52,885 bases of DNA from Thermoflexales bacterium (GCA_007125545.1 SLDA01000197.1:1-52885), one strand, 5' to 3'. Positions 34,086 through 43,821 are shown, counted from the stretch's first letter. Program-made: numbers and translations. Notes: generated from the sequence alone by a model not told the origin.

Positions 34086-36149
34086 ATGCGGCCTATTTGG
34101 AGACGGCTTTGGCTTGTCACAGCGATTGTGTCTTTAATTGCCCTACCGGCAGGGTTAGCCGGTTTCACGATGTTGCTCTCTCTCTTCCAGAGGATATTTC
34201 CCTCTCTGTCAGCTGACCACATCTCGACTTCTCTCGGGGTAATCTCAGTCGTGGTGGGTGGGGTGCTTGCCTGGAACGCTAGGGCGGCCCCGGAAGTGGA
34301 TCGCCTTCCGATGCAGCTCCTCGATGATGTAAACTTCGTGCAACTCGTGGCCCTGGTGGCCCTTGCTGTCCTCTTTTTCGTGCTTACAGCGGCCATTGTC
34401 TATCTCCTGATTCGCCGCGGTCCCCGAAAGCATCAAACGGAAACCAAAACGGAAACCAAACGCGAACCCGCGTCCCCCGTTGTGCATAAGACGGGTACAG
34501 TGTTGAACGAGGGGCGCTATGTAATTCTCGGTCCGTTTACCCGAGATACACCTCTTCGGAAGACTGAGAGCGGTGCTTACGAAGTGCGGGCGACGACGTC
34601 TTTGAGTATCTGCCCGCGGTGCTACAGCTTGGTGGGGCGACACCTAGAGGCCGGTGCTGCTGAGTTCTCGCCGCTCTGTCCCGACTGCGGCGGGATCTTG
34701 TCTTATACGGAGGTAGCCGCTCACTTACAGATGCCGGCGAACAGTCCATCGGAGGAACCGACGTTGATCGCACGTGAAATCTCGGCCGAACGATTTGCAG
34801 CGCTCTCACAGCTGTTGGCTCGCAAGCTTGAGCACCGGGCCGTGGTGATGCCGCTGGATGCTTTCTCGGTTGCCGCGCCCGATGGCCCACGCTACTATCA
34901 GATCGAGCCCGCCATCTCCCACACCGTGGCATCGGAGATCGATATCCCTCAGGCCCTCGAACACCTTCTGGGGTGGGGAGAGTCCCTCGCTCATGGCCTG
35001 GCGTACCTGCATCATCATCAAATTGTCCTGCAGGCCGGTGCGCTGGCTTCGGGTGAGATCGGCGATCCCGCCGCGGCGGAGCAAGCCGCGAGTATGATCG
35101 TGGCTGACGGGTCTGAAGCCCGCTGGCTCTGCTTCGATAACGTTGGGCCAATGGTGCCCGATAACGAGCCCGAACTCCTTCGTATCTCTCGGCAGAATGT
35201 GCGCGCTCTGGCGGCATGTCTGCTGAAGCTGGCTACAGGTGAAACGGAGAGCGGCGCGTTGGACCGGTTGCCGGACCCCGTCAAGGTAACGCTCGGTGAG
35301 GCACTGTCGCACGACACGGTAACATCTGCAGCCGATTTCGCCACCCTTCTCGCACAGAACCGCCGGGAGCTGGCTTATCAGGAGCCCGTTCGCCTGAGGA
35401 TGGGAGCTCGATCAAACGTGGGGCGTGTGCGCAAACTGAATGAAGATAGCATGCTTGCCAAAGATTACTCTGACGTCTTTGGGGCGGTCAACCTCACGGT
35501 TGGTCTCGTTGCGGTCGCGGATGGAGTTGGCGGTAACTCCGCCGGGGATGTTGCAAGCCGCTTGACAGTCGAGGCTCTGGCCGATTTCGGTGACAGTTTG
35601 CGTCAAACCTCTGCGGAAGGGTATATGCCCGATCCCGAACCCTGGATTTCGCAGGCCGCAGCGGCGGCCAATCTTGCTGTATACCGGGAACGTCAAGCCG
35701 TCTCCAGCGATATGGGCTCTACCCTGGTGACTGCGCTTGTCGTCGGTAGCTCCGCTACGCTCCTAAACGTGGGAGATAGTCGTGGCTACCGGCTTGGACC
35801 TCAAAGCATTGAGCAGATCACCACGGATCACTCACTGGTGCAGCGCTTGATCGACATTGGGCAACTGACCCGTGAGGAAGCACGCCATCATCCTCAGAAG
35901 AGCATCATCTACCGCGTTATCGGGGATACGGCCGATCTCGCCTACGACACCTATGACGTGATTCTGCAACCGGGTGAGGCGCTTCTGCTCTGTTCGGACG
36001 GGCTCACCGATATGGTCGAGGACCACGTGCTGTGGCACGTATGGCGTACAGCGGCTTCGCCCGATGAGGCGTGCCGGCGTCTCGTAGGCCTGGCGAATGA
36101 AGCCGGCGGTTATGACAACATCACCGTTGTGATTGTACAGATTGCATAG
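34086..36149 (+). CDS. Membrane protein with pseudokinase-like domain (Zn-ribbon insert) fused to a PP2C Ser/Thr phosphatase
   Basis: There are 3 N-terminal TM helices. Kinase-like blocks lack the catalytic residues (LAYLHHHQIVLQAG in place of HRD; LCFDNVG in place of DFG). CPRC...CPDC forms the Zn-ribbon. PP2C motifs are GRVRKLNEDS, VADGVGG, GDSRGY, LLCSDGLTD and GGYDNITVVIV. Confidence 0.8.
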   Translation: MRPIWRRLWLVTAIVSLIALPAGLAGFTMLLSLFQRIFPSLSADHISTSLGVISVVVGGVLAWNARAAPEVDRLPMQLLDDVNFVQLVALVALAVLFFVLTAAIVYLLIRRGPRKHQTETKTETKREPASPVVHKTGTVLNEGRYVILGPFTRDTPLRKTESGAYEVRATTSLSICPRCYSLVGRHLEAGAAEFSPLCPDCGGILSYTEVAAHLQMPANSPSEEPTLIAREISAERFAALSQLLARKLEHRAVVMPLDAFSVAAPDGPRYYQIEPAISHTVASEIDIPQALEHLLGWGESLAHGLAYLHHHQIVLQAGALASGEIGDPAAAEQAASMIVADGSEARWLCFDNVGPMVPDNEPELLRISRQNVRALAACLLKLATGETESGALDRLPDPVKVTLGEALSHDTVTSAADFATLLAQNRRELAYQEPVRLRMGARSNVGRVRKLNEDSMLAKDYSDVFGAVNLTVGLVAVADGVGGNSAGDVASRLTVEALADFGDSLRQTSAEGYMPDPEPWISQAAAAANLAVYRERQAVSSDMGSTLVTALVVGSSATLLNVGDSRGYRLGPQSIEQITTDHSLVQRLIDIGQLTREEARHHPQKSIIYRVIGDTADLAYDTYDVILQPGEALLLCSDGLTDMVEDHVLWHVWRTAASPDEACRRLVGLANEAGGYDNITVVIVQIA

Positions 36150-36309
36150 GCCGTGTGGGGACGTCGGATGACGAAGCCGGGCGGCGGGTAGGTTCGCTCG
36201 TTCGTGTCTAACCGGAGCTCTGAAGAGTCTAGCACGGATCGCGCTGATCTTTGAGACATCATACGTAGTTACAAGAGAGCCCAGGCGGAGTAGAGGGAGG
36301 GGAGCGGCG

Positions 36310-38106
36310 ATGCTTGAATTCGGTTATGTGGTGCAGGAGCGCTATCGTATCGTACGGCTATTGGGACAGGGCGGAATGGGAGCTGTATACCGGGCCTGGG
36401 ATCTACGTCTCAACGTACCTATCGCTCTCAAGGAGCTGCGACCCCAGCCTGGCCTCGATGATGAAACTCTCGCCGGCTTGCGCCGGCGGTTTCAGCAGGA
36501 AGCCTCTGTCCTGGCACGGTTGATTCATCCCAACCTGGCGCGTGTTACAGACTACTTCGAGGAGCAAGGTAATGCCTATCTCGTGATGGATTATATCGAT
36601 GGGCGAAGCCTGGCTCACGTGATCCTCCAGGATGGCGCGCAGTCCGAGAGGAGGACAACGGAGTGGGCGCGACAGATCCTTGAGGCCTTGGCCTACTGTC
36701 ACGCCGAGGGGGTGGTGCATCGAGACATCAAGCCTCAAAACATCATTGTCCAGCCGAATGGCACGGTCACCCTCGTGGACTTCGGGCTCGTCAAGCTGTG
36801 GAATGAGGACGACCCTTCAACGCGTGCTGTGATGCGCGATATGGGGATGCCGGAGTATGCGCCGCCTGAGCAGTATGGCGTTAGCCATGACCACACTGGG
36901 CCGCCGAGCGATATTTATAGTTTGGGCGCCACACTCTATCATCTCCTTACAGGGCGGGCGCCTGCCACCGCCACAGAGCGGATGGCCAATCCGGAGGCTT
37001 TTGTGCCGCTGCGTCGTGTGGCGCCGCACGTGAGCGATCGGTTCGAGCAGGTGATTATGCGCGCGTTGGCGCTGTCCGTCAGCGACCGTTGGCAATCGGC
37101 ACGTGAGATGCTGGCACAGTTGGTCTCCGGACCGCTTCCTACATCCAGCACGGACGCCTACACACCTTCCGCGGTGAGTTCTCCAACACTACTGGCGCCG
37201 CCGGCAAGCCCACCCCTTGCAGGGCCTTCCCCTGTTGCAGGGCCTTCCCCTGTTGCAGGGCCTTCCCCTGTTGCAGGGCCGCCTCCTGCTGCAGGACCTC
37301 CTCCTGTTGCAGGACCTCCTCCTGTTGCAGGGCCGCCTTCTGTTCAGCCACAGGTGGCGCGGACTTCGTCTCCGCGTGCTCGTCGCTCGTCCCGCGCCTT
37401 AGTCCCGCTTTTCATCGGCGCCGGTCTGCTTGTCTGTCTCTTCGTGGCGTGCTTCGGCTTCTTCGTCGGTGCGCCGCTGGTCCAAGACTTGTTTGCGGAG
37501 CTTCCGGTGGCTGTGACACCATTTTCCGAGGATGTGTCGGTGACGACCTCGCCGGTAACATCGACACCCATCGGTGCGGTAGAGGCTCCGGTGGACGCTG
37601 ATTTCACGATCACGCTCCAGAACGATTCTCCGGACGAGGTGTGCTTCGTTCAGGTTTCGCCATCTGACAGCGACCACTGGGGCGAGGACTGGCTAGGGGA
37701 GAACATCACCATTGCCCCCTTGGGAGGGTTTTTCCACTTCGACTTGACGGAGGGGGTCTACGATGTTCGCGCGCAGCGATGCGATCTGACCACGATGGCG
37801 ACCTGGTGGCGTCTTGATCGCGATTCGAAGCTGCAAGTCGGAGCGACCGGGGCAACCGTGCGACTGCTCGTTCAGAATGATACCGGCGCGCAAATCTGTT
37901 ACCTCTATGTTTCACCCACGACAGCAGATACCTGGGGGCAGGATTTGTTGGGCGACATCGAGTCACTTTCATCTGGCAGCGCCCGTATCCTGTACCTGCG
38001 GCCCGGCAGCTATGATCTTCAGGTATCAGACTGCGACAACTACGTCCTCGCGGAAGAATATGGGGTGAACCTCGGGGAAGACACGACCTGGACGGTGTCA
38101 GACTGA
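36310..38106 (+). CDS. Ser/Thr protein kinase (Hanks type) with Pro-rich repeat linker, one TM and a duplicated extracellular domain
   Basis: Kinase motifs are GQGGMGAVYRA, IALKEL, HRDIKPQN, DFGL and EYAPPE. The (AGPSPV)n/(AGPPPV)n linker is followed by TM LVPLFIGAGLLVCLFVACFGFFV, then two ~85-aa repeats. Confidence 0.9.
   Translation: MLEFGYVVQERYRIVRLLGQGGMGAVYRAWDLRLNVPIALKELRPQPGLDDETLAGLRRRFQQEASVLARLIHPNLARVTDYFEEQGNAYLVMDYIDGRSLAHVILQDGAQSERRTTEWARQILEALAYCHAEGVVHRDIKPQNIIVQPNGTVTLVDFGLVKLWNEDDPSTRAVMRDMGMPEYAPPEQYGVSHDHTGPPSDIYSLGATLYHLLTGRAPATATERMANPEAFVPLRRVAPHVSDRFEQVIMRALALSVSDRWQSAREMLAQLVSGPLPTSSTDAYTPSAVSSPTLLAPPASPPLAGPSPVAGPSPVAGPSPVAGPPPAAGPPPVAGPPPVAGPPSVQPQVARTSSPRARRSSRALVPLFIGAGLLVCLFVACFGFFVGAPLVQDLFAELPVAVTPFSEDVSVTTSPVTSTPIGAVEAPVDADFTITLQNDSPDEVCFVQVSPSDSDHWGEDWLGENITIAPLGGFFHFDLTEGVYDVRAQRCDLTTMATWWRLDRDSKLQVGATGATVRLLVQNDTGAQICYLYVSPTTADTWGQDLLGDIESLSSGSARILYLRPGSYDLQVSDCDNYVLAEEYGVNLGEDTTWTVSD
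37219..37344 (+). repeat. Seven tandem 18-bp units (in-frame; encode AGPSPV x3, AGPPPA, AGPPPV x2, AGPPSV)
   Basis: gcagggccttcccctgtt occurs three times perfectly (37219-37272). It is followed by gcagggccgcctcctgct, gcaggacctcctcctgtt twice, and gcagggccgccttctgtt. Confidence 0.95.
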
Positions 38107-38146
38107 GCGTGAGCCGAGCACGGTGATGCTCCTCGGTAGCTCTGCC

Positions 38147-39811
38147 CTACTCTGGGTCTCGCTTGTCGGCCTTGAGTCGCTGCCGCAGCGCAGCGGCATG
38201 TGCTGCGGCAGCCTTGATCTCTTCTGATGTGAAACGATAGGTGCTGTAGCGCGCTGCGACGAAGGCTTCGGTCAGGCTGTCCAGCGCCTCCTGTTCCTCG
38301 ACCAAGTTCAGCATCAGCTTCTCGCGGTACTCGTAGGGGGTCTCGGTCGGGCGACGCCCCACGCCCCGTTCCTGCGCCTGATCCAGGGTTGTCAGATAAT
38401 GATAGATGATCTGCTCTCGCGGACTCCGACCTCCAGTTCGCGGTGTCCTGCCTTTTCCTCTGGATGCTGCGCTTCTCAGCCGTTGTACTAGCGCTGGCAG
38501 CGCGCCGGGAAGTTTGCTTCCCATCGTGCTCAACCAGTCACGGATCCCGCGCCAGGCCTGGTGGAGCCATTGCCAGGGCGCGAAGCGGCGGATGGTGTCC
38601 ATAAATCCGGGTCGGTCTCGGATATAGCTGCGGATCAACACGATGACGACGATGACCAGTGTGACCCAGAAAAGCACCGAACGTATCACGGCCCACCACG
38701 GACTTCCTTCCGCGCCCGCAGCCTCGGGTGGGGGGGCGAAGGGAAATTCCTCCATCTGCGGTGGTGCCATGCCTTCTGAGTTGCCCATAAAGAGTGAGAG
38801 CAGCATAATGAATGGCCAGAGCAGGATCAAATAGAGCAGCGTCGCGAGATAGCTGATCAGCATCAGGGCCATCGAGACTAAGTCCATAATGCCCACGGTG
38901 TAACCGGTGGGCAGCAGGAAAGCGATCAACGCGGCAACGGCTACAAACAGCAGAGTGAAACGCAGCCATGTGGGCGCCAGATTTGGGGGCATCCCCACTT
39001 TTTGGCGACTCCAGAGCGTCGTCAGCCGCAGCCACTGCAAGTGTCCCAGCATCAGAACCCCGAGGAAGAAGTAGAGGAGCACGTTCCCCACTGGCGTGCT
39101 GATGCGGGCGTGCGTCATCTGTAAGAAGCTTTCGACGTTCACCCGGTTCAACGCTGTGAAGATGATGAGAATCCCTCCCCCGAGGAAGTAACGGTTCACG
39201 ACCCGCTCGCGTGGATCGGTCTCTCCACTTCCTACTCCCATGGGGTCGATGAGTTCATCCATGTCGCGTGCCGTCATCCCCGCAGCTAACCAGCCCACCA
39301 CGCCTATACCATAGGCCACTAGCGAGCGGGCATCGAAGAAGGTCAGGGGGGAGTTGGCCCAGTTCTGAATCGCTTGTAGTAGTTGCGGCAAAGTGTCGCC
39401 AAGGTGGTTGAGCAGTTTGACGCCGAAAAATAGCAACGCCAGTTCGATAAGGCGTGCTCGCGTGGCATCGCCGCCACTGAAGATCCGGTTCTTCGCGAAG
39501 GGTCCGTGAAAACGGCGCTGTGTCTTGAATCCCACAAACGTCATCAGTATGGAAACGGCCCACACGAAGAGGGCCACGCCGAGTGGATCAGTCCCTTCGG
39601 AAACGATCAGGGGTGCGCTCAACTGCGCGACCGACCAAGTGATGCAGCCAATGAGGACCGTCACGATGGCAGGCTGAAACAGAGTGTAGACTAAGTTGTT
39701 CGGCGGTTCCTTTTCCTCCTCCTCTTCGCCTCTGCGGTTGAGGTAGTCATCGGTCTCCCGTACAACGACCCGGGATCCGCCAAAACGGGATCTATCTTCC
39801 TGCGGACTCAT
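38147..39811 (-). CDS. Polytopic membrane protein with C-terminal DUF4129-like domain
   Basis: 554 aa with about 10 hydrophobic helices. The C-terminus EQIIYHYLTTLDQAQERGVGRRPTETPYEYREKL...AFVAARYS resembles DUF4129. It is the last gene of the MoxR-DUF58 operon. Confidence 0.6.
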   Translation of the reverse strand: MSPQEDRSRFGGSRVVVRETDDYLNRRGEEEEEKEPPNNLVYTLFQPAIVTVLIGCITWSVAQLSAPLIVSEGTDPLGVALFVWAVSILMTFVGFKTQRRFHGPFAKNRIFSGGDATRARLIELALLFFGVKLLNHLGDTLPQLLQAIQNWANSPLTFFDARSLVAYGIGVVGWLAAGMTARDMDELIDPMGVGSGETDPRERVVNRYFLGGGILIIFTALNRVNVESFLQMTHARISTPVGNVLLYFFLGVLMLGHLQWLRLTTLWSRQKVGMPPNLAPTWLRFTLLFVAVAALIAFLLPTGYTVGIMDLVSMALMLISYLATLLYLILLWPFIMLLSLFMGNSEGMAPPQMEEFPFAPPPEAAGAEGSPWWAVIRSVLFWVTLVIVVIVLIRSYIRDRPGFMDTIRRFAPWQWLHQAWRGIRDWLSTMGSKLPGALPALVQRLRSAASRGKGRTPRTGGRSPREQIIYHYLTTLDQAQERGVGRRPTETPYEYREKLMLNLVEEQEALDSLTEAFVAARYSTYRFTSEEIKAAAAHAAALRQRLKADKRDPE

Positions 39812-39875
39812 ACTGTTCGATGGCTCATATCCATTAATGACTCAGACCTGTTGATAGCTTACCCCCATGGGTCAT

Positions 39876-41141
39876 CTAGACCAAACGGATCTCCTCCTCA
39901 CGCCAGACGTGATGGACTCGTAGGCCCAGTGCTGCTGCGTGCGCGCGGCCTTCCGGATCGGGGGGCGCGGGCATAACCAGGATAAGGGCTACGGCAAGTC
40001 CCTGCTGACGCAGATAGAGAAGCGCGTCGTAGAGCTCGGGTGTCTCCTGACCCGTGATCAAAATGGCGGTCCCTCCCCACGATAGCTGGGTGCTGTCGCG
40101 TCGGACCAGATCGATGAGGTCGAGGTCCTCGCCTTCCGCCGGCATCGGTTGACGAGGTTTATCCGTCGGAGACACCTTCTCCGACGGAGACTTTGTCTCG
40201 GGTCGCTGACCGTAGGTCTCTACCCTGGCAAGTATCTCGAGGATACCCATCAGGTGAGCGCGCTCGCGGCGTGGGGGAAGGCAGAGTGTCCTGATTTGCT
40301 CCTCCTGAAGCGGATCGATTCCCTGGGTTGTCAGTCCGACCGCAAGGCCCTCCCGGAGCACGATATGATTGGCGAGGGACGCTGCGGTCACGATGGCCAG
40401 TTCTGACGCCGCAACCATACGCTGGATGGAATAGCTCGCCTGATTCAGGTCGAGGAAGATCATCGTTTCGCGAGCGATGGCGGGTTGGTACCGCTTTACC
40501 AACAACTGTCCCGCACTGGCGCTGGCTGTCCAATGAATGCGACGTGGCGAGTCACCGACTTGGTACTCGCGGACACCTGTGACGCGCGTTGGGTCTTCAA
40601 AGAGAGGGGCTGGAGCCGGTAGTTGGGCTAATGGGGAGCGGGTAGGCAAACCCAGCGATTCGAGCGATACAACGCGTGGATACACAATGATATATTCCGA
40701 CTGCTGGTGACCGGCTTCCTGTGGCGTGAATCCTAGCAAATCTCCCGTTCTCCAGATCATAGGCCCGATGACGTAATAGCCCCGCTTATTACACGACAGT
40801 GTGTACTCGAATGTTTGTTCCTGGTGTGGCATCAGGGTGATGACCCGCCGGTAGTAGGGAGGAGAAATCAGGTCTACGGGCAACGAGTCGTGCATCTCGA
40901 CCCACGGGACGGGGAGCCAGCCCTCGTTGGATACTCGTAATTCCACCTGAATCTGCTCCCCGGGAAAGGCGCGATTGATCAGCCGCCGCTCGGTGAGGAG
41001 CTGGCGCATACTTTGGCGGGACCAGGCACGACCGAGAAGGTAAACGGCTGCGAGAAGGTAGACGAGACTGAAGTAAGTATCGATGCGCAAGAGTGCCGCC
41101 AGAAGGAAGAGCCCGATCAGGAGGGGGATCAGATTGGGCAT
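39876..41141 (-). CDS. DUF58 (vWA-like) domain protein
   Basis: It has two N-terminal TM helices. GVREYQVGDSPRRIHWTASASAGQLLVKRY is the DUF58 signature. It lies immediately downstream of moxR. Confidence 0.85.
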   Translation of the reverse strand: MPNLIPLLIGLFLLAALLRIDTYFSLVYLLAAVYLLGRAWSRQSMRQLLTERRLINRAFPGEQIQVELRVSNEGWLPVPWVEMHDSLPVDLISPPYYRRVITLMPHQEQTFEYTLSCNKRGYYVIGPMIWRTGDLLGFTPQEAGHQQSEYIIVYPRVVSLESLGLPTRSPLAQLPAPAPLFEDPTRVTGVREYQVGDSPRRIHWTASASAGQLLVKRYQPAIARETMIFLDLNQASYSIQRMVAASELAIVTAASLANHIVLREGLAVGLTTQGIDPLQEEQIRTLCLPPRRERAHLMGILEILARVETYGQRPETKSPSEKVSPTDKPRQPMPAEGEDLDLIDLVRRDSTQLSWGGTAILITGQETPELYDALLYLRQQGLAVALILVMPAPPDPEGRAHAAALGLRVHHVWREEEIRLV

Positions 41142-41163
41142 AGCGTCTTCATGCTGCCACCGG

Positions 41164-42174
41164 CTAAGCTCGCCTTGGCGCTTCTTCTAGGGTCAGCGCC
41201 GCGCGTTCCAGTATCTCACTTACCAGGTTTTGGGCGCTCCGCCCCCGGAGCTGGCTCTCAGGCTTGAGAATCAGCCGGTGGCTGAGCGCGAGGGGAGCAA
41301 GGATCTTGATATCATCCGGAAGCACGTAGTCTCGCCCGTGAATCGCTGCCCGGGCTTGACCCATCTTGTAGAGGGCGAGCGAACCCCTGGGACTGGCGCC
41401 AAGCGCGATGTCATTGTGCTCACGCGTCGCGCGTACGAGGGTGAGGATGTAGCGCTCCACTGTCTCGTCGACGTGCACGTCGGTGAGCGTGTCGCGTAGG
41501 CGTAGGAGCTCATTGCCGTCGACCACCTGCTCGATCGCTTCAATGGGATGCTGCTTACGCTGGTTGCGCAGGATCGCAATCTCATCCACGGCCTCTGGAT
41601 AACCGAGCGAGATCCGCATTAGAAAGCGGTCGAGCTGCGCTTCAGGAAGTGGAAAGGTCCCCTCGTATTCAATAGGATTCTGCGTTGCCAGCACGACGAA
41701 GGGAGCCGGTAGCTTGCGCGTTATGCCACCTGTCGTCACCTGACCCTCCTGCATCGCTTCCAGGAGCGCTGCTTGTGTGCGGGGGGTCGCGCGGTTGATC
41801 TCGTCGGTCAGCAGGATATTGACAAACACTGGCCCCGGCTGGAACTCGAACGCATTTGTCTGTTGGTTGTAGATCTCCACGCCGGTGATGTCATTCGGTA
41901 ACAGGTCGGGTGTGCATTGTAGCCGTTTAAAGGTTAGGCCCATACTTACTGCTGTGGCGCGCGCGAGCATCGTCTTCCCCGTGCCCGGTACATCCTCGAT
42001 CAGCACGTGTCCCTGACATAGTATGGCGACCATAAGTAGCTCCAGCTGCTGGCGTTTTCCTACAATGACACGCTCCACATTCGCCGTGATCTGGTCGCTA
42101 AACGCAGCGACCTCGGCCAATGCGTTGTTCTCTGAACTCACTCGCGTAGCTACATCGGGTCGCTTTTCCGTCAT
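41164..42174 (-). CDS. moxR: MoxR-family AAA+ ATPase
   Basis: Walker A is EDVPGTGKT and Walker B/sensor is LLTDEINRATPRTQAALLEAMQE. The typical ~330-aa MoxR length fits. Confidence 0.92.
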   Translation of the reverse strand: MTEKRPDVATRVSSENNALAEVAAFSDQITANVERVIVGKRQQLELLMVAILCQGHVLIEDVPGTGKTMLARATAVSMGLTFKRLQCTPDLLPNDITGVEIYNQQTNAFEFQPGPVFVNILLTDEINRATPRTQAALLEAMQEGQVTTGGITRKLPAPFVVLATQNPIEYEGTFPLPEAQLDRFLMRISLGYPEAVDEIAILRNQRKQHPIEAIEQVVDGNELLRLRDTLTDVHVDETVERYILTLVRATREHNDIALGASPRGSLALYKMGQARAAIHGRDYVLPDDIKILAPLALSHRLILKPESQLRGRSAQNLVSEILERAALTLEEAPRRA

Positions 42175-42318
42175 GGATTCGTCTCGTCTCCCTAAAAAAA
42201 AGAGTCTCTCACTGTGTACGCTCGCTGCGCCGACCGATCGCGTTCATTGTAGGTCAAATGATTCCCGGGACAAGTACCGGCCTCGGAAGAAGGCCGGCTA
42301 GCGTACTGTGCCGGTTGT

Positions 42319-42346
42319 TTGCTCGCTTGCTAACTTGATGTATGAT
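42319..42346 (+). promoter_or_regulatory. Putative gdh promoter TTGCTC-16-TATGAT
   Basis: ttgctc is at 42319-42324 and tatgat at 42341-42346. A duplicated AAGGAGG sits upstream of the ATG at 42416. Confidence 0.4.
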
Positions 42347-42415
42347 CTTCTGTTGAGCCCCATTTGATCTCAGTGACCGGAGACCAAGCCAAGGAGGCGC
42401 ACAAGGAGGAGCACA

Positions 42416-43666
42416 ATGACCGACGAACTGAACCCCTTTGAGATTGCACAGAGCCAGCTCGACACGGCTGCGGAGTTAATGCAATTGGAGCCCGCGATTC
42501 ATGAGTTCCTTCGCTGGCCCGTCCGTGAGCTTCACGTGACGCTTCCCGTCCGCATGGACGACGGGACTACTGAGATCTACCACGGTTTCCGCGTCCAGTA
42601 TAACGATGCCCGCGGGCCGACGAAGGGCGGTCTACGTTTTCACCCTCACGAGACGATTGACACAGTGCGAGCGCTGGCTGCTTGGATGACATGGAAGACC
42701 GCCGTTCTGGACCTACCGCTGGGGGGCGGAAAGGGCGGCGTCATCTGCAATCCAAAAGCAATGTCACCAAGCGAGCTTGAGCGGTTAAGTCGTGCCTACA
42801 TTCGCCAGGTGGGCCGTATACTGGGCGAGGATATGGACGTCCCTGCGCCCGATGTCTACACAACGCCGCAGGTTATGGCGTGGATGATGGATGAGTTTTC
42901 GTTTATGCGAGGCTACACCGTGCCGGGTATGATCACCGGAAAGCCGTTGCCGCTAGGAGGCTCAGCCGGACGCGGTGACGCCACGGCGCGTGGAGGTATG
43001 TTCTGCATCCGAGAGGCCGCTGCCTTAAAGGGTTTGAAGACCGAAGGTGCGACGGCTGCCGTTCAAGGATTCGGCAATGCTGGGCAGTACGCGGCGACGT
43101 TGGGATCGTCTCTGTTGGGGATGCGTATCGTGGCTGTATCTGATTCGCAGGGCGGTATCTATAATCCTGCCGGCTTTGATGCTGAGGCGCTCGTGGCCTA
43201 CAAGCTACGGACCGGCTCGGTCGTCGGCTTTGAGGCCGCTGACACGGTCACCAATACCGAGTTATTGGAGCTTGATGTCGACGTTCTCATCCCTGCTGCC
43301 CTGGAGAACCAGATCACCGCTGTGAACGCGAACAAAATCAAGGCGCAGATCATAGCCGAGTTGGCCAACGGGCCGACCACCCCGCCGGCCGACGAAATCC
43401 TCTATGATAAGGGTACCTACGTCATCCCTGACTTCTTGTGCAATGCGGGTGGTGTTACGGTCTCTTATTTCGAGCAAGTTCAGAATGCTTACAAGTTCTA
43501 CTGGAGTGAGAAGCGCGTCAACGATCTCCTGGATGAGATGATGACGGCAGCATTCCACTGCGTCGCCGTCGCTGCTACAGAGTACGGCGTTCACAACCGG
43601 ATGGCTGCATATACCGTGGCGGTGGGGCGCGTCGCGGAGGCCTGCAAGCTGCGTGGTTGGGTCTAG
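42416..43666 (+). CDS. gdhA: Glutamate dehydrogenase (Glu/Leu/Phe/Val dehydrogenase family)
   Basis: [21 protein letters not shown] and VQGFGNAG (Rossmann). 416 aa. Confidence 0.93.
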   Translation: MTDELNPFEIAQSQLDTAAELMQLEPAIHEFLRWPVRELHVTLPVRMDDGTTEIYHGFRVQYNDARGPTKGGLRFHPHETIDTVRALAAWMTWKTAVLDLPLGGGKGGVICNPKAMSPSELERLSRAYIRQVGRILGEDMDVPAPDVYTTPQVMAWMMDEFSFMRGYTVPGMITGKPLPLGGSAGRGDATARGGMFCIREAAALKGLKTEGATAAVQGFGNAGQYAATLGSSLLGMRIVAVSDSQGGIYNPAGFDAEALVAYKLRTGSVVGFEAADTVTNTELLELDVDVLIPAALENQITAVNANKIKAQIIAELANGPTTPPADEILYDKGTYVIPDFLCNAGGVTVSYFEQVQNAYKFYWSEKRVNDLLDEMMTAAFHCVAVAATEYGVHNRMAAYTVAVGRVAEACKLRGWV

Positions 43667-43694
43667 ACGAGAAACAGGTCCTTGATCGCGCGAT

Positions 43695-43718
43695 CCGGTT
43701 CACCATCTAATGAACCGG
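43695..43718 (+). terminator. Possible gdh terminator hairpin
   Basis: ccggttca/tgaaccgg is an 8-bp stem with an 8-nt loop, 29 nt after the stop. It is followed by gttcgatg. Confidence 0.3.
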
Positions 43719-43821
43719 GTTCGATGCTGGAGAGTTCAGCAAGACGTAAATGACGCGCGACGTTCTGCCTGCGGACTACTTGACAGTGGGACGCTCGCGG
43801 AACGTTGCGCGTTTTGCTTTC

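Noticed and set aside
37219-37344. A possible CRISPR-like or minisatellite array.
   Set aside because: The units are directly adjacent with no spacers and are only 18 bp long. They are in-frame within a kinase gene, and no cas genes are present.
37139-37402. ORFs encoding repeat peptides: QQEEVLQQEEVL...QQGKAL on the minus strand and LQGLPLLQGLPLL on the plus strand.
   Set aside because: They are alternative-frame or opposite-strand readings of the 18-bp tandem repeat that encodes the Pro-rich linker of the kinase.
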